From Podarcis liolepis (Eukaryota): 64,000 nucleotides of DNA. A model generated the notes under the pieces. That model worked only from the letters and a program-made list of their open reading frames with translations. It ran no database searches and was not told the DNA's origin. Shown here piece by piece: positions 23,421 to 34,650 of this stretch (position 1 is its first letter; each line of letters begins with the position of its first letter). A program made the position numbers and the translations under genes. The DNA lies in assembly GCA_965112155.1 (NCBI GenBank), contig OZ218104.1; one strand, written 5' to 3'.

Positions 23421-24226
23421 CAGAGTTTTCCAAACTGTGTGTAGTGACATGTTAGTGTGTCAGCTGCGGTGTGTAGGTGTGTCGCGCGAACACTCCCCGC
23501 ACTCCTCTCGGAGCTGGAAAGGGGTTAGTTTTGTGGGATGTAAACACAGGAGCAGTCAATGACAACATTCCTAGAGTGTACATGTTAGAACATGGGGAGG
23601 GATGTCTGTCCAGCAAGCGGGTAAACTTCCTGGGGACGGACTTCCTCCGCATGTGACCAGAGGTGGGTGTGGCCTCACCTGTGCAGGTAATGACAAAAGC
23701 ACAGGGCAGGCAACCATCTCTCTCTCTCTGCCATTTTCCTTCGATGAGGAAGCATCTAAAGATGCCCTCTTGGCTCTCAGCCAAGAGAGGAGATAAGGTC
23801 TATCTTGCAACAAGATAGATTCTAAGTATTTGTAACTTTTTAAGCCTGTCTGCCTTCTGGGATCATGTTGTGAACAGAACGTGAGTAAACTCTTTTATAC
23901 TTTTATAAAGACTGTGTTGTGTCTTGTATTTTAAGAGGGAACAAAGGGGAAATTACCAGGGTAATTATTATAGAGGTTCTAGCGAACCTGTGCACACGTT
24001 ACCGTTGCGAACTTAAAGGGGAAAGTTTGTAAACTCTGCTGATATTTTGGGAACTTGTTAGCACAAGTTGGATAAGGATATAATTAGTCAATATATCCTC
24101 TCCTGCACCCCAGAACATTCCCACAAGTTTAACCTCCAAGTTTGCTAGTAAAACTGAATTGCTGTGTCGCAAAATGATGCATGTCTAAAAAGTGTGTCAC
24201 CAACATGAAAAGTTTGGAAAGCTCTG
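23421..24226. mobile_element. hAT MITE (about 207 bp when empty) interrupted by a solo LTR
   Basis: TIRs CAGAGTTTTCCAAACT / AGTTTGGAAAGCTCTG (15/16); perfect 8-bp TSD GGCCAGAT (23413-23420, 24227-24234). Confidence 0.93.
23532..24125 (+). mobile_element. Solo LTR, 594 bp (Gypsy- or ERV-type)
   Basis: Termini TGTGGGATGT...ACATTCCCACA (TG...CA, inverted); 5-bp TSD AGTTT (23527-23531, 24126-24130); TATA-like GACAAAAG near 23692 and poly(A)-signal variant AGTAAA at 23884 suggest plus orientation. Confidence 0.9.
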
Positions 24227-24329
24227 GGCCAGATAGCTTTTTTTTGGGTGCGCAATGGGGCTCTTGATGCAGCTGCGCTGCAGGAATCCTATCCCCCACC
24301 CCTATTGCTCAGATATTTGCGGACATCCC

Positions 24330-24525
24330 TCTGGTTGGCATCCCTTCGATATTTACAGACAGTTACCTTGCCCTCCCTGCAGTTGTCTCTCTGCCAAGCT
24401 ATGCGTATTTAGCTCCTTTAATCTTTTCTCATAAATCAATCTCTTCGGCCTCTTAATCCCCTTTGTTGCTGTCCTCTAATCTCCTTCTTTGTTTATCAAT
24501 ATCTCTCTGGGACTGAGGGGACCAC
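24330..24525 (-). mobile_element. Ancient CR1/L3 ORF2 fragment
   Basis: Minus-strand translation RDIDK.../ATKGIKRPKRLIYEKRLKELNTHSLAERQLQG matches CR1 KDIDKLE..RATKMIRGLEGL.YEERLKELN..SLAKRRLRG. Confidence 0.8.
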
Positions 24526-24958
24526 ATCTCAACTCAGGAGGAGACTTGGAAAGCATGGCTCCTGCACAGGGGCTCTGCCCTTTGCCCAGGAACCTAGTGA
24601 GGAAGCCTTGACATGAGCTGCTCCATGCTGCACTGCCCCATCCCTCCACGTGGGAAATCTGGATTGGCTATCTCACCTAAGAGGGAGCTCTGTCTGGAGC
24701 CACAGAAAGTAGAGGGTCTCCCCTCTGATCTCTTTAGGACCACTGGCTCCTCAGGGCTTTGACCTTAGGATCCATCATCCAGTTGTCACCAGAGCCAACC
24801 AGCATTAACTGTGCATATCCCATTTTACAGCAGTTCTTGTAACAAAGAGAAAACAACTCTTGATGAGCAAAACATATTTTCAGTCCATGCTCAGATAAGT
24901 GATTTCTTACCCAATAATATTGCTGGCCTTCTCCCTACTCAAGAACTGCTTTAAAAAG

Positions 24959-24989
<31 letters not shown>

Positions 24990-27475
24990 TGGGTTAAGCT
25001 GCTTTTAATCTTTAATTCATGCCCACAGATGCTCTGCAGCACATGCAGCAGCGGAATGGGAACGGCACTCCCAAGTTGGCGGGTTGTAGAGACTCTTGCC
25101 AGACCTTCCCTTTCAAAGCCGCACAGCCTGGGGAATGGTACAAATGGCCTTCCATTGCCCTCTTCATTGCTCTTTGTGGCAAAAAAAATGCATTGCTTTT
25201 ATCCAGCCCCGCACTGTCAGCCCCAGAGGCTTTGAGAAAACAAAAAACAGCTGAGTAAAATGCCCCCTTCTCTCCCAGAAGGCGGGTGGGTGGGAAGCTC
25301 CCTCCAAGGAAAAAGGGCTGAAGGAGGGCAGGCGCTCAGGCTGTAAAAGCCAGTAAGTGTAGCAAATTTTTCTGCATGGATAGCAGAATTTGGCCGAGGC
25401 TGACAATGTGCTTGCTCTTTCCAAGCTCCCACAGGCTCTGGCTGCATTAAGCTGTGCTTGGCCAGAATGGAAGCCAAGCAAAGAGGCATCTATTGTTGTA
25501 CCTGGCATCTAAGTGGATGCAAAGGGAAGACAATCCCACTGCACAATTGAAAGAAGGGCCAAATGAATGTAGGAGGGGTGACTAGCAGCCTTCCAAACAG
25601 ATTCATTAGCATCTCACAGAAGACAGCGAAGGCTGCTCTGGGAAACGAACATACAACCACAGGCTAATGTTACAGCAGACTCTGAAGCAGCAGGGCAGGG
25701 GACCGATCAGATCCAAATCCTTAAAAATAAGTGAGGCAGTGCGTAATCAGAGACAGGGAACCCATGATATGAGCAGAAAGGCAGAAAGTGGGGGAGGAAG
25801 CAAAGGAAAACAGGCAGGGAGCCATCAATAGACTCAGTGTCCATCCTTCCATCCCTCTGCCTGTGTCCTTTAGAAAGTAAAAGAGAACTGGTCCCTGCTT
25901 CTGTATATTAAGCCATGAGGGTGCAGGGAGGAAGCAGAAATCTTGTGCAAAGGAGGAATAATAACTCTCTCTCTCCTCCAACACAACTTCTGGCAAAAAA
26001 GTGATGTTATTATTTATTTTGATTACTTAATATTCTTCTATCTTGCTCTTCCCCCAACCTGGAACTCAGGGCAGGTAAAGAACCAAGAACAAGAAGCCAA
26101 AATAAGGCATCATTTAAGTGCAACTTGCTAACTAGGCATGCAAAGAAGAACTTTATTGGGCAAATTGTTAAAGGTATAAAAATGAGCAATAAATGGGAAT
26201 TCAAACTGGAGTATTTTTTGCATATTTGCATTTAATGTGCAAAAATGAAGGTAGCAAACTGCTGTGGGGACTGAAGGTAGCAGGTGTGGAGGAGTTGAAA
26301 TTGTGGTCCTGTTGAAATTGTTCATCAGAGGCTGTGATTTGCATTGGGAGGAAATTCCCCACTGGTGCAAATGGTAGCTTCTGGAGAGTGATTATCAACA
26401 GGACTTTGACACAGATACCTCAAATATTTGGTTTCACCTAATGCTGTTTTCAAAGCTTTTGAGATTACTTTTTATCACTTTCTAGGGTGGGTAAAGTTGA
26501 GCAAGAAATACAAACTATTTTCATATTTAGGCACAAGTTATAACATTTTTGGAAGGCAACAGAAAGGGACATACCTAAAGGTGAGGATTGCTGTGTTATC
26601 CCAGCCGCTTCAAGCCAAAAACATCATTCTGCATTTGGTGGCCAAACACATTATTATGGGAGGACATAGCAGCCCATCTGGGCACTGAGTGCAGCTCCTG
26701 TTGCCTACTCAAAGCCTTAAGCTTAAAAGGAGACTAAAAGGCTCTTACAACTGAGGCAGCCAAGCACCAGTCTTGACCCTGGAGTCATCGTCTTCAAGGA
26801 ATGAAGCTAGGGAGCTGGAGTTTGACAGGGAACTGCCCTCAGGCCAGTCCCAGATGTATGTAACTAACAGGAACCACTTGTGCAAGAGGAGCCCATTGTG
26901 CCAGCACCTCTCTGTCCACAGGACATCACATTCCCCTCCTCTGACTCAGAGGATTCCAGTTCAGGACCCATGGTTGGGCCACTGTCTCCTTTGCTCCATC
27001 AGAGTCAAAGCAGGTTGAAACCCTTTAAATGAAGAGGTTCCTTTCACCACTGAGCTAGCAACTGAGATAGAGCTGTTGCTCATATTTAAGGGCCAGCTTT
27101 TGGGTTACAGGTGCTTAAACAACATTCGAGCTTTGCTCATGTGGAGTCTCCCGCCTGAGCCTCACATGGAGCTGTCCAAGGTACTGATGAGGTTTGCCTC
27201 ACAGCTGAGACCATCACTTAAAACAGAACTGCAGCCACATTTTCCCTTGGTGTTTCAGCCCTAGTGGTCTTCTTCCTTTGCAGGGTTGGGGAATACTGAA
27301 GCTCAAAACATATCTAATGGTTTCTACACATTTCCCTGTATGCTTCATTTGGGTTCAAGAGAATGGAGCAATTCAGTAGCAACAAATTGGATGCCAAGAA
27401 TGGCAAATGCAAGATGTAGAGAGAGAGAAAGATGGTAGGAGGGGAATGGCATGAGACTGGTGGCAGGCCAGCACA

Positions 27476-27663
27476 GGGAAGGGCCGTAGCTCAGTGGCAG
27501 AGCATCTGCTCTGCATGCCGAAGGTCCCAGGTTTAATCCCTGGCATCTCCAGCTACACCTGGGAAAGACTCCATGTCTGAAATCCCAGAGAGTCACTGCT
27601 ACTAGTCAGTGAGCTAGATGGATCAATGGTCCATCTTGGTATAAGGCAGCTTCCTATGTTCCT
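27476..27663 (+). mobile_element. Squam2-type tRNA-derived SINE, near full length
   Basis: gggaagggccgtagctcagtggcagagcatctgctctgcatgccgaaggtcccaggtttaatccctggcatctcca (A/B boxes) and tail ataaggcagcttcctatgttcct. Confidence 0.9.
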
Positions 27664-28481
27664 GTGGGACGAGTTTGTCTTTCACCATGAGTAAGGCTGA
27701 GTGGATAAGTCTGGCATTGTGAGCAGAGATGCAAAGGGATTGACATTTGCCGTATTAATTAAATGTTTAGAATTTACAAGCAAAGCAGAGCAAGCCTGGC
27801 GTTCTGTTTGAATAGTTACTTTATTAGTTTTGAGTTAAGCATGTGCAGGACTGAGTTCTGTATTTTAAGATAAGCTATGCAAGAGGTTGGGTGTCAGAAT
27901 TAAAAGTTTAAAATTTGCCAGCATATGTTTTATTAAAGACTGACCCACTACTGACTTCATCTTTAGGGTCCTCTAACTTGTAGAGGATTCGGACCAAAAC
28001 ACCAAAGAAACTCCATGGGGACACAGAAGCTGCTGCAAGTGAAACACAAGCATCTGTACTATAGAGTACAGCATCTTTACCGCTTATATGTCACACAAGT
28101 TAAGATGAGAGCCTTACTTATTGGCGCACAAGTGAATTTGTAAGCTCCTTAACTCTTTTTAAAAAAACTGAAATGTATATATTTTAGTCCTAGAATGTCT
28201 TCATTGTTTTTAATGAAAGCAAATTTGCTAAATTTCAGTGGGAAAAATACTATACTATACTATACTATGCTATAACACACCGGCAGCAAAACCATCTATC
28301 TTACTCTCACATAGGCACACAGAGCAGCCTTCCTCACAAACACATATTCTCCCTCTTGCTCTCTGTCACAAGTATGTGCTTCTAGTGTGCTCATCCTCTG
28401 CTTCCACTGGTGCTCACTAGTTGAAGGATAACAATATGCAGAGATCCATCTTCTTCCAGTCCCCTGGACTAGATCACAAAT

Positions 28482-28494
28482 TCTCTCTCTCTCT

Positions 28495-28540
<46 letters not shown>
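28482..28540. repeat. Abutting (TC)n-(GA)n microsatellite
   Basis: About 7 TC units directly followed by about 22 GA units. Confidence 0.95.
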
Positions 28541-28544
<4 letters not shown>

Positions 28545-30149
28545 AAAAGCCATAGTCTTGACTGCCACAACTTACTTGCTGGGTGTGTCAACTTTTAACT
28601 ACCTTGTAAATGCCGCCCTATCCTGCCAATCCACCTGAATCCAGGTTTTTTTTCATTTCCAACTAATCTCTTGCTTTGCGTCTTTTCCTACCTGCTATTA
28701 TTCCAAATCACCCACTGTACAACTGGAAAAACAAACCTGCTTGCGTGTCTTACATGCATAACTGTTAATTTACCTAATTAAATGTAATCTTGTTAAACTG
28801 TGTGTATCTTTGGAGCAGGAAATCAACTGACAACCAGGGTCAAAATTGAAAGCAACAGTGTGAGTCAAGTCCCTGAATCTCCCATGATGGGAAATTAAGT
28901 GCAGCTTTCAAACAGCCTCCTGATTAGCTATTTATCTTAAGCCATTTTAGGTAGAAACTGATACTGTAACAAGAGGTAAATTATTTTACAAGAAGTTTTC
29001 CCCCTTTCTTTCTAAAGTAGTGCAGTGCCTCATTCAAACCGTTTGTTTCTCTGCTTGCTTAGGATAAGTGAAAGATGCTGACAAGCCCAGTTAAGCTACA
29101 GCCACGTTCTTTGCTGAGCAAGTCACAGGCTGGGATTCTTTGCTTCTGCGTTGTCTTGGTCAGACAGAGAGATTCTTACGAGCATCATCTAAATACCCCT
29201 GTTGTTGTGATATACATTGAAAAGTCAGCATGAAACATTCCATGCCAATAAAAATCAACAGAGAGAAAAAGAGAAGAAGTCCTTGGCCTGAGAGCTTAAA
29301 TAAATTACCATCTTTGTAATTCTGTAATAAATCCCTCAGTTGGGCTATAATGATTTAGTGTTTGCTGATTTGGCACGAAGATAAATGTCTGGTGTTGCTT
29401 AATGGATAAAGTGTTGCCTTTTCACCTTCCTGACCCTGTTTCAGCCTCTGCTCCAAGGACTCCCCTCAGTTCTTGATGGACAGCAGCAGCAGCAGAGGAG
29501 CTGGAGAAATGGCCTCTGAGAGGCAACCGCTCCACAGTCAGGAAAGGGGCAGAGGGTGGGTGAGTGTGTGGACATTAATGGAATGGAGGCCCATCTTTCA
29601 CACCTTGTAGAAGGAAGCCCAGACTTCTTGCCAGCATTGTGCCTGTCAGGGCTTTGAGCTTCAAAGGCAGAAAGTTAAGCACTCCACAGGCAGCCCCTGC
29701 AAAGCAGCTTCTTCCCTCCCCAAAGGACACCAACAGAGTTAGGGAAAGATATCAAGTTCCTCCTAGGTGCCAGCTTCAGGTTTTTAATGGAGACGGGCAC
29801 CAGCGCCAGAATGGGGCTGAAATAAATCTTTCCACTTCCCTAACATTCTGCTCTGGTTTCTAGGCACCAGGTTATCTGTTGCCTGGATTTTCCCCAAACT
29901 GGGAGGCACCTGTTCAGAAGAGGCGGCCCAATTCTTTCCCGGGGGGGGGTGTGTGTGTGTCCCCACATGTCACTTGGGATACAAACTGTTTATTTTTTAA
30001 CATCAGGAGGAGATTGCACATGGAAGGAAAACCCAGACGGGTTCCAGGAATAAAAGTTTCTCTTGCTTTATTCAATTAGGCAGGAATGGGAGGAATATTT
30101 TTCAGGGGACACACATTCTCTTTTGCGCAATCTGCTGAGGGCGCATTTT

Positions 30150-30265
30150 GGCTGCTGTGAGCTGTGCTGCTTATATCTCTTTACTGTTTTTCATCTGCGT
30201 TGCTCTAATCTCCTTAAAGAAGAAAAAGTGGGGTATAAATTATTTTAAAACAAATACAAAAATAA
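30150..30265 (+). mobile_element. L2 3' tail relic
   Basis: T-rich UTR then gcgttgctctaatctcc...aagaaaaagtgggtataaattattttaaaacaaata. Confidence 0.45.
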
Positions 30266-31868
30266 AACAATGCAACCAGATGTTGACTCTGTGGGAGATG
30301 GTTGTCAGTGATTAATGAATCACTAGGGATGCTGCTAATCATTGCATGCTCATTTCTCATTGGAAACTCTTCCTATAAGGTGTGAAGATTCTCTAATCCT
30401 TGAATTCTTTGGACAAAGGGACACATTCTCCTTTGATGAGAGGAAATGAATGTGGTTGTTTCCCATGATACAGGTTAAGAGAATGCTCAATTTGCAATCA
30501 GATGAAATCTCTTAGTTAAAGCTGGTCATCTGGATTACAGAAATGCCTTTTGGGGATTGCTTTCTAGGTGCAAAGAGCAACACATCTTTAAGTCAAAGCC
30601 CTTTGTGCAGGCTGCTCTATGGTGCACCTCCAGATAAGGAGACAGCATCCCCGCCAGGCCTCCCTAGACTGCCCCACAGGGGGCTCCTCTGGCCCATTTG
30701 CTCCAGTAGCCTTCCCTTTCCAGCCGTTAGTTAGCATTAACGGGAGAGGACAGCAAACCCCCAAAGGCTGTGTCAAAAACGGGGAAGAGAGTCATTCAAT
30801 AGAGCACAGAAAAGACCTAAATTGGAGGTCAGGAAAGCCAGTCAAAAGCCGGGTAGGAAGGAGGGTAGGTTTGCTTTGTCCTGCCGCCATTGGGAGCAAT
30901 GCAGCCAGAGATCTCTCCAGCCCTGGGGGAATGGGGGCTATTGTCTTCAGCTGCCCATAGATGTAAGCTCCATATGCCCAGAGCCCTCCCCCTTTCCTGA
31001 CCCCAGCAAGGTCAGAGGCACAGACATTGGTCTTGAACTCTCCGTCTGTTTCCCCACTTTCTTTCTGCCATATTAATTACGGCTCCTCTCTATCAAATGC
31101 ATCCTCCCCCCTGGCATTCACGTGCATTAAGAAGGGCAAGCTGCTTGTTCTGGCTGCCTGATCCCTCTTCCCCCACAGAAAGGCAGGCTGAGTGGAGGAC
31201 AGCCTAGAGATGCTTTTCTCCATGGGCTAAAAACAACACTTGCTCGGATCTCCAAAGTGCTGCAGGGATCAGCAGGCAAGGGAGGTGGAGAAGGCAGGGT
31301 GATGCCACAGTGAGGGGAGTTGATGCACAGATTCTTGTGCAAAACAAAGCCAAGATTCTCACTGGCTGGAAGATCTCTAGTTGCCAGTGTTTCCTGGAGC
31401 TGCTCCTTCTCCAAACACTGCAGAGCATTTCACATTGGATCATTGCAAGTTTTGATGAGGGCTGAGGAAGCCCCCCCCCTTGATGTGAGCCATTAACACG
31501 CACACCCCACTTCCTACATGCAACACCCAGCCCCAGTGGCACTAAAGGATTACCGAATCAGAGTTAAGATACAGGTTAGTTCCCCTTCTCCAGAAAGCTT
31601 GCCAGCCACAGGAACCAGGTAACCATGATGCCTCCTTCTGCTTCTTTCATGTATTCCAAACTGTGGAAAAGAACGGGCAGCTGCTCCTTCCAAGGGCTGA
31701 AGGAGCACAATGCACTGGCCCAACTGGGTGAGGCCTCCAGTGATCTCTTCAATGCACCAGAAGGTTCTCATTGACCTGCATGGGGATGGCACATGAACAT
31801 GGAAAGAGTGCCCAAAGAAGCAAGAGTGCACGGTGGGTAAGTCATAGCCAAAGAACTGGGTCCCAACA

Positions 31869-31871
<3 letters not shown>

Positions 31872-31912
<41 letters not shown>
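31872..31912. repeat. (TG)n microsatellite
   Basis: Direct reading. Confidence 0.95.
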
Positions 31913-31916
<4 letters not shown>

Positions 31917-33493
31917 GCTGCTGAGTTCCTGGAACAAACTCTTTCTTTGGAGAAGCACCTTCCCTCCTTATTCCCCAAGCTTTATAAAAATAGAAAGAAC
32001 ACATGTTCCCATTAGTCATTTGCTTGAGGGGAGCTTTGGGGTATGTGCTGACAGTCTGTACATGGAGGCCTAATTTGAATACTATTTGCATATTGCAGGT
32101 AGACAAAGTGCCACTGTCTTAACAACACTCACAGGCAGGCAGGCAGGAGGAGGTGGAGCTGAACAAAGCAGTGTGAGGAAGACCCCCCATGACCCCCCCT
32201 GGCAAGCAACCAAGTCAAATCCCAAGCAGCAGCTCCCTCCACCCACTCACCAGCACACCCCCCCGGCAAGCAATGCCCAACGCGGCCGCCGTATTCAGAG
32301 AGGCTTTTAATTAAATGCTCGCTTGCCAAGAGTGGTTTGTAGATGCCTAACAGAGGACACGGCTTCCCTCCAGGGAACGTTGCAGGCAGACACGGTCCCC
32401 CTCCCTTGATAACACCATTTGCAAGTCCTGAATGAGGAAGAGGAGGGGGCGAAATTTTCTGGAGGATACAAGCCAGTTGGTACTGCCTGACGCTCCTACC
32501 CCAGGCCAGAGATTTGAAAGTGTCCTGAAAGCCCCCTTCCAGAAGCCCCCTGCCCCTGGCATCCTTTGATCTCATCCAGCTGAATAGCCTCTGCCTTGGA
32601 CATAACCTTGGGGAGTTCAAAGGTTACGTTTGAAGGATGCAATCAGTGTCCGTGCGAGACAGGACAAGAATGTGAGTGGGGTGGGGGCGGGAGGGCTCCT
32701 ACAGGTGCCTCCATTATCGATGGACCACTTTGCATTACAGGATGTGAAATGCTGTTCATGTCCCCAGTGCCTTTGATCTGACCTGACCTCTGCAACCCCG
32801 TCAGGCCCAGCGGTCAGTAGTTATCAGCTGTCAATAGGCAGCGGAAAACGTTCCTCATTCTGACCTGATCAGCTGTTATTACTACAACTCCTATAGATCA
32901 ACTAATCAGCTGCAAACCATCAGCCTCAGATTTTGTGACTTAGCCTCAAGAGAGTGTCCGGTGCTGATTCACCTCTAGTTCCAAAATATGCAAGAAAACA
33001 GAGAGGCGGCTTGCAGCCTCACTCCAAGGATGTAGGCCACTTATACACCAACAATAAAAAAGAGAGGATGATAGATAATTTGCACATGATGATTTTTATA
33101 TATAGATGCAAATTCATAAATAATTGCTAGACGTCAAAAGAAATACATATATGTCACCACCGTGGGGAAGAAGGCTGTGGTCAGGGGCCCTGTGTGACTG
33201 CTCAGCCTATTGTCCAGGAGCTGCTCACTACTGCTGGCTGGAAACTTCCAGCCCTTACCCCTTTTCTGCTCTCCTTTCTTGTGACTCTTTATCTTTAAAC
33301 CAGGCTTGGACTGGGCACTCCATCAAAAAGAGAACTATCCTCTGCAAAGTCGGAGAGCTGCTCCCCCAACCGTCACTAGGCTTGCTTGGAAGTCAGCCCC
33401 AAAATTCCAGTGGAATTCACTTCCAGGGATGCAATCAAGCATAGTGACACCAAAAGGAGGGAGATGGATACTGAACTTCAGCTTCCTCTAAAC

Positions 33494-33629
33494 CAGGGTT
33501 TCCCAAACTTGGCCCTCCAGCTGTTTTTGGACTACAATTCCCATCCTTCCTGACCACTGGTCCTGCTAGCTAGGGATGATAGGAGTTGTAGTCCCAAAGC
33601 AGCTGGAGACCCCAGTCTGGGAAACCCTG
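33494..33629. mobile_element. Palindromic hAT MITE, 136 bp
   Basis: TIRs CAGGGTTTCCCAAACT / AGTCTGGGAAACCCTG; perfect 8-bp TSD CTCTAAAC (33486-33493, 33630-33637); internal arms ctccagctg..ggactacaa / ttgtagtcc..cagctggag. Confidence 0.95.
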
Positions 33630-34454
33630 CTCTAAACCTTCATATTAACCAGCTTGCCTCGGCAAAAAGCACAGTACCTTGGGGTCAGAAATGGTTTTAC
33701 TGAGACAACTAGCAGGCTTCATGACACTTCTGTGCCAGTCCAATGATGATGCTCTGGAAACACTTTTGGTTTCAATGGTGGCAGAGTTGGCAACGAGTGG
33801 TGTAAGAGCTTTGGAGTGGAAGGACACAAAGTTCAGAGAGGAAGGAGGCTGTTGCTTTTGACACTTCCTAGTGGGATTTGTGGTTGGGCCTGGAGCAACA
33901 AGTGCCGTGGAAGGTGAAGGCCGGGAAGACCTTCCAGCACAGCCAGAGAGAAAAAGAGTCTTGGAAGAGGGTTTGGGATGCTGAGAGGCTCCAGACAGAA
34001 AGACAGAATGCAGATGGCTGCATTCAGAAAAGAATTAATGAGTAGGTGTCTTCTACGGCTGTGATAATTACCAATTTTCTGTATTTATGAAAATGTCATA
34101 AATATTGAAGTGTGGCACTATTATCTCTATAGATACTGATTTAGCATGAATATGGAAATTTGTTAATTATCGCTAAAGCTGTTCATTAAATTCTGAAAGT
34201 TTTTTTTAATAAAAAAAAGCAAATAAGTATGTCATTTACTCATTGCTTCATTGCTTCAAACCAGACATTTCCATATTGACCTGCTTTGTTTGTTTGTTCC
34301 TTTCATGATGCAGGTAGAAGAGATTCACTCCAAATAAAAGGTTTTCTCTTGCTGCACAAGCAGAATTATGCAGTTGCCCTGATCCAGCAAAGGAAACCCA
34401 TGCACAGAAATAGGACTTAGCGCTGTGTGTTCACAAGGAGAAGGACAGCTGAAA

Positions 34455-34650
34455 GACCCAGCTGGATCAGACCAAGACAGGCAGATCCTCCTGCTCTAGT
34501 TTTCTGCTTTCCACAGTGACTGCACAGATACCTCTGAGATCCACAAGCATGACACGTGAGCACAATTAAAGGCCCCTTCCACTGTCATTCCCACTTCCCA
34601 CCAGCAACTGGTATTCAGTGGTATATTGCCTTTAAATCTGATGGCTGCAT
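34455..34650 (-). mobile_element. CR1 3' end fragment
   Basis: gctggatcagaccaa...ccacagtg...ccagcaactggtattcagtggtatattgcct. Confidence 0.65.

Noticed and set aside
27476-27552. tRNA-Ala-like sequence
   Set aside because: It is the head of a Squam2-type SINE continuing into the SINE body and tail; the B box is mutated; not a tRNA gene.
29390-29470. Possible LF-SINE/AmnSINE-like tRNA head
   Set aside because: Only a short gccttttcacc resemblance; cannot be supported without an alignment.
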